A stretch of DNA of 56,528 nt from a virus. Taxonomy: Duplodnaviria; Caudoviricetes. The notes beneath the pieces were generated by a model. That model saw only the letters and a program-made list of their open reading frames with translations. It did not search any database and had not been told where the DNA came from. Positions within the stretch are counted from its first letter, which is position 1. Each line of letters starts with the position of its first letter. This document shows positions 54,701-56,528 of the stretch, piece by piece. Location of the stretch: the IMG/VR virus record IMGVR_UViG_3300033153_005235, positions 1 to 56,528 of that record, one strand, 5' to 3'. Both the position numbers and the translations under genes were made by a program.

Positions 54701-56041
54701 CTTACTATTGATATGAACTTTGAGCGTGAGGAAGCTCTCTTGGGGCTCAATATGAATGTGGTAGATATTGCATCTACTGCAAGCATGAATACAGTTGATA
54801 AGATTAATAGTGAGGAAGTTAACGAGAGTGGGATTGACTTGCTTATCAAGAGGCAGGAAGAGCATAGGGTAGGTAATGAGTGGGAGTTCGTTAATTTGAT
54901 GGATGTTGATAGTGTAGATTATTTAGAACTATTTACCAGGTTGCCATATAAGGCCAGGAAGAAGATAGAGAAATACGCTAATGCTAATAATGGTAAATTC
55001 TATGTTGAAGAAGTTTGGCTTGATGCAATATTTGGTTATGAGAATTGGAGTATTGGGAATTTAATTAAGGATGAAAGTAAAAAGAGGAAGGCGAAGGTTG
55101 TAGAAGAAGTTGTGAAGGGAATAGTCGGGATTATTAATAATAATATAGTTGTCAAAACTCCCGCAGTTTGGGGTGGAAACTTTGCAAGTAACTTCGTAAC
55201 TAGTGTTATTAGTGGATTAGGAACGTTTGAAACTATTCGATACTGGAAGGAAGGACTGGATAACCTTAAGGAGTATCAAAAGAATGCTGCTGAAGTCCAA
55301 GTTATAGACTTTAAGAGTAGAGCTAGTCAGGCATATAGGAAAGCTAATAAAAGTAGAAGAGATCTGCTTACAGATAAAATGAACAAGAGTTCTGTAAGTG
55401 AGTTGATGGATGCTGGGTTGTATAGTGCGATTACAACTGAGGAGATGCAGACTGACGAGTATAGTTACAAAAACAAGGCTGTCAGAGCGTTGAGTGAAGC
55501 TACCGGGAAGATTAAAGGTGGCAAGACGCTGGGTAAGGTTGTGAAGGGATTATATCTGGCAGAAGATACTAGTGCATATAAGAGTTTGTTGGGTATGGTT
55601 CAGGTGTCGGATTTCTTGGGTAGGTATGGAATCTATAGAAAGATGGTAGATGAGCAGGGTAAGAGTAAGGATGAAGCTTATAGTTATGTTCAGGATGTAT
55701 TTGTAGACTTCAATATTCCAGTTGGTAAGATTACTCAATATGCTAATAGCATGGGGATGATCTTATTCTATAAGTATTGGAGTAGGATTCAGAGAGCTAC
55801 ATTAGGTATGATCAAACATCATCCTACAAAGAGTATGCAGACTATATTGATGCGGAGTGTGTTGGGTATAGAGATAGACACTATATTTAATTCCGGGATC
55901 ATTACAGGTGGCAATATGGCTCCAATGGCAGGTTGGATTGATCTAATAAAGATGATCCAGCAATTTATTATGCCAAGTGGGTTAGAGATTGGAATTGGAT
56001 TAGGTGGTAGTACTGGGATGAGTTGGAGCTGCGACTGCTGA
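45782..56041 (+). CDS. virion-encapsidated RNA polymerase (N4 gp50-like) with N-terminal SNase-like and two zincin-like domains
   Basis: 3419 aa; INPLSSK.L.R, LEVDGITNG (motif A), RNLMKSPFMIFNYG (B), D.SIM...LHDA (C); C-terminal IVVK, Q.SDF.GRY, G...FYKY..R.QR. Confidence 0.95.
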   Translation: MLSEDFLNIGGLSDRKNKTIEEKSADKNTYLDWVTERVDVGYQPDADTFHTLDKEKIRMLGVNTFESSVDVLKDLNPLAVRSQKLAFSRAFDKPVNDVTLEDIAAAGQVSKEISENVIGDSVRVRRSGTDVYGRTLAKVFDDSGRNIATDVLGDPGINAGLNTRFNSKERRIEAEVKRKKTILAGTDAEFNSGYDDETGEPKVHVNSDGSYNYGQLKGLDRFNLEKMMPIEDAKHKVATTTWSKDDGVLNFVARIVSGGAKTFSEVVTKPFVGNILHKSAETLEESISDYNLSGSNISMETGKRFREKITSDDIDKYRDIVATPHNDRSKQQLALMQDPKIQIIAEHAEDLSEKIVSYEDIDLSNEELDKIVNRVEDTIVDQGMDQAYESGGFVSALVYGVKNIGNMSKRIGDSLPFMAILAASPYVSVPAMAGMIDSNVHENTQQFKRINKRNPDSKERAVIDGWSTMQGMFEKIEAGVISGKFPGLVEAMIGVRKGLQPATKFLAKGFDIVVGEFISGAGSEFSKEIASKQDISEVDWKGVNIGGIQEMMAAGGMATVMQGGRKIFSAPNENQVINKIDKLIQQRVTIIGSDKANELDVSKASEDIVKLRTTLETMFASKNITDKQKNKIGKILEDIDIKPKPTAKKPIQYKVTKGLGGAKTQEILNTSFNVLTGKEKGNKTQAVVDLMTVVQNADEIFGEGAEQVRTGASQIIKDNAKEIFAASKELSQIKDRTEKELGVVLSSLGSGEQVNTSKVEGLSKVEVDAIDAVNIAIEKYGTKEMQRVTSEIADTGTKNVSIKDYITGTLDTGKIASGFTKFNTHMQAKAKAFTEAAETAGDGVKSYIKKGMGDYTIHTKVPSDAIKTKSGVGYDNYFTIHSGSKPFVERTNADAVLVKEFYGLAEAVVAGKESRVETIDMAKELGQEIVKSGVLDKGEIKKDGEVKEEKVKGKEEAQAEEVRAKRKSTKPTTKPSAKPVAKPVKGDSARLKEDIPIQETIPEEAQEQDVVEPAKPVKPEVIKTSEPIIANDGKTEIVAKKVGNKIYISTNKKLWKQYYTEKRWTKPRVQPDGSKAKALPEDIFKSEQELYDFVDIHESGHLVLGQKKGESDGDYESRINEYAIGKLGLGKKINWFDNIKNKMVSVGREYTVTMVEILKHTVSKKDSFLSGTPLSVLSNESQKNREITRLTKEFKKAGEKYINPDPRKQDLIYSFNNLMVKHGKELSTPDEYYYAMANSFASWMAASGRKTLTNDEHDISGILYGEWEHSLTGQEVEAMAGIGTPLYMIAEGAGANMAKVLGLKVEIPKGMNKEDQAMLGKLTNQKSFERSLGLMMLDLAGKLESNPVTVEHHAAIDLGSASTAKNKSKDNTIKLNTIKLVSDSLVKTFASSDNYFEDINGVQMDKKDIYTDKPRESVENRVPGSMSELPGNRKTMLRKLQDVVWKPIDNNVDTFLGFTGDQQKVIAGWKDPKSVHIDLQPAVVAKNRQIEKQIADLQGLKSKKFWFGYYLMNQFRIMIDSNGINPLSSKNLHRFMVNPEGAKITFKKGSEQEVMFKYSIVQALGKNVDKTDHQGVMDDFDQVVIKFGNLAQNINGQEVADRGVNAHGLAGLVALGDWLKVENGGEVTTHLGLEVDGITNGYALGLLQFPNDTDGKLWGNLARVGVTDKKGKYEENIHGVVDAYNRAGIEFKKVLEEQGLLQAFEGVYGPVDRNLMKSPFMIFNYGASAHKAAEGIAKAISKKIYSGEVDGNSLGEFTHNLGIITNITVGGKNFMTTEIKDEIAILEKDIQRKFSSIVEQAFEPLVGSTSEIKQKLTQAMDAVASGFALEFAEKSRELVGKLVVEGPVHPKMIGSNVNPKAGKPIRLSRAGLTQKEMRQVAESLIDTHYPLLSGAWNESAKGEKQAFIDMVSRDRVESSEQAKNAMLKESDQTEVRERLAKMVRKYDGTRTQAENIAKLIGSDWSKIKNDPKLKVKGKLSFNKVVKLIQKENLVPTESTVSLGGFAYGHPGAKMLVRSIQNLDASIMGKTVDGSDSFLGLHDAVYVGINKIQETVSRINQNALELSREYSVAQAVLEQFEKVGKNVQEADHRLAGELKKIFESDRVYEVKALIERANKRLKRERKKRWEGNVDSVNKQIVGIVNDFVKVVGDRGLLDLELPAINKRANLDAWDKDYKETSKEKEDQVTDRKRPAKYRKNPTYTPPSQKLEPLRAIVGKNNKDRENLFGKIEEVVQYYMPDSKKEEVDLGSLGKLSKQDIQQDAVSEILRGNTTAENVSQVNEMLGADNKDITRVLKELVQPLMEKIDGLSVSLKGYSGGVYAEGEFRSADNAVEMVYNVSGPETRTEQTAQEVFGHEMIHAVSWRAVQSNQRFRKQLEQLRDAISKDVGVKDFLVDGDTSENAKKNAERQYLAVFGKDSLQEFLAYGLTNPVLIQKLKGIKAQESKWFSGDTWYEKVLSAMVKAIEVIEGLINKKDSKSGYEQLFSLAQEVNGINQSKASKVAQALDTGKVYDTSDEAIKAFVGKHERFARELLAKVALKGMKLSYGTARVFPKFKGKVGEKITLAGHAATLAPGMIARLLFQLVGKDVIFINKDGDEVTYGVKDKDGNLLDPGKALIYSLAELHKDIEGTAARELFKLVTDVTVGMPVDLQRALSESKRKVEQSREAVKEMVSLVMSKDFGDRKPTDSESRMLTKVIGKADLQALTSSYSADIITELVVSDSKLNALIQSEKRALVHGGMNGWWDDQAEGLSDRMVNQEQGRHLVFDNVLAMQKHSTSEINDLDRMDRYISLLALQKTDGRGKVAKFIKENKEGFKSALNTFVSLDSAGKESFVDSEILMTKGHIPKIGDPHKAIEVAAIDPTTKEQMRLRGYEWKYDLENYAGNKVGMYFAKNLPMESQVKGLLSRTGKHMAHTSMMAKWKEEYNTNTLVDDRRYKDLKKYQNLMLKKEINTKRHKKALRPVVNEKGKIVDLTIDMNFEREEALLGLNMNVVDIASTASMNTVDKINSEEVNESGIDLLIKRQEEHRVGNEWEFVNLMDVDSVDYLELFTRLPYKARKKIEKYANANNGKFYVEEVWLDAIFGYENWSIGNLIKDESKKRKAKVVEEVVKGIVGIINNNIVVKTPAVWGGNFASNFVTSVISGLGTFETIRYWKEGLDNLKEYQKNAAEVQVIDFKSRASQAYRKANKSRRDLLTDKMNKSSVSELMDAGLYSAITTEEMQTDEYSYKNKAVRALSEATGKIKGGKTLGKVVKGLYLAEDTSAYKSLLGMVQVSDFLGRYGIYRKMVDEQGKSKDEAYSYVQDVFVDFNIPVGKITQYANSMGMILFYKYWSRIQRATLGMIKHHPTKSMQTILMRSVLGIEIDTIFNSGIITGGNMAPMAGWIDLIKMIQQFIMPSGLEIGIGLGGSTGMSWSCDC
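48713..48754 (+). repeat. TAGCG hairpin element B (inside vRNAP linker)
   Basis: AAGCCT-GTAGCGAA-GCCC-GTCAA-GGGC-GATAGCGCA-AGGCTT. Confidence 0.6.
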
Positions 56042-56104
56042 AGGGTTGGTCAAAGATAACCAATGGCCAGGGTTTCATTGGGGTAGTAGTAAGACTGCCG
56101 AGGA

Positions 56105-56434
56105 TTAGGTGAATTCAATTATCCATGGCATACTTTCAGTATCGTCCATATAAATAGTTGGAATGCGATTGTAGTATCGAACGGGTAGTATGAATGGGAA
56201 TAGTGAAACCAAACGCTTATAGTTTCTTATGTCCCATTGCTTGACTATTTGCACAGCCTCTTTAAGCATATCCTTTTCCTCTGTTCTCCAATCAGAGTTT
56301 CGCTCAACCGCCTGTAGTAATGCAAAGCAGGCTCTGCTTGGAGCATATCCGTTGTGGGATAAAGGAGACATGTATAAATGATCAATCACCTTCTCTTTCA
56401 TTAAATGCCATTTGAATTTCATATTATTCTCCAA
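56105..56434 (-). CDS. hypothetical protein (end of a convergent leftward operon)
   Basis: 109-aa ORF; GGAGA RBS suggests a start at 56422. Confidence 0.65.
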   Translation of the reverse strand: MENNMKFKWHLMKEKVIDHLYMSPLSHNGYAPSRACFALLQAVERNSDWRTEEKDMLKEAVQIVKQWDIRNYKRLVSLFPFILPVRYYNRIPTIYMDDTESMPWIIEFT

Positions 56435-56437
56435 TTA

Positions 56438-56482
56438 GCCATAGCGCTGAAAGGCGTAAGCCTGGTAAGCGCTAGGCGTTAA
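56438..56482 (+). repeat. TAGCG hairpin element C
   Basis: GCC-A-TAGCGCT-GAA-AGGC-GTAA-GCCT-GGTA-AGCGCTA-GGC. Confidence 0.55.
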
Positions 56483-56528
56483 CGATATCTTTAAGTTCGA
56501 AAAATGCATCCATTTGGTACATTAACGT

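Noticed and set aside
436-55738. Numerous opposite-strand ORFs in the ORF track
   Set aside because: They overlap well-supported genes on the other strand and have no recognisable motifs
1-56528. CRISPR array, integrase, transposase, rRNA
   Set aside because: No regularly spaced repeat-spacer array or recognisable motifs found

Overview
The window is most of an AT-rich, N4-like (Schitoviridae-type) lytic podophage genome, apparently circularly permuted. Bases 1-12.1 kb carry leftward early/middle genes: a fused single-chain N4 RNAPII-type polymerase, a UvrD-like helicase, an AAA ATPase, a VWA/metallopeptidase and small ORFs. A structured non-coding divergence region lies at about 11.4-12.95 kb, where the genome termini would be expected. 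The rightward late region follows: gp69-like gene, TerL, tail/fibre region, lysis cluster, portal, scaffold, major capsid, gp55-gp51 homologues and a 3419-aa virion RNA polymerase. The most striking feature is a ~6.7-kb cassette of five consecutive signal-peptide proteins in the tail region. It contains two repeated pairs of a small paralogous protein plus a large cargo protein ending in a shared 20-aa C-terminal tag, and it appears to split a LamG-like tail gene. Other notable items are: an SNase-like nuclease and two HExxH domains in the vRNAP; a synonymously diverged copy of the RNAP C-terminal 40 aa on a separate mini-ORF; a dispersed TAGCG hairpin family; a tRNA-like structured-RNA array; two frameshifted tail-fibre genes; and a DUF2829/Tad2-like anti-defence gene. 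All family assignments come from motif recognition by eye, not from database searches.
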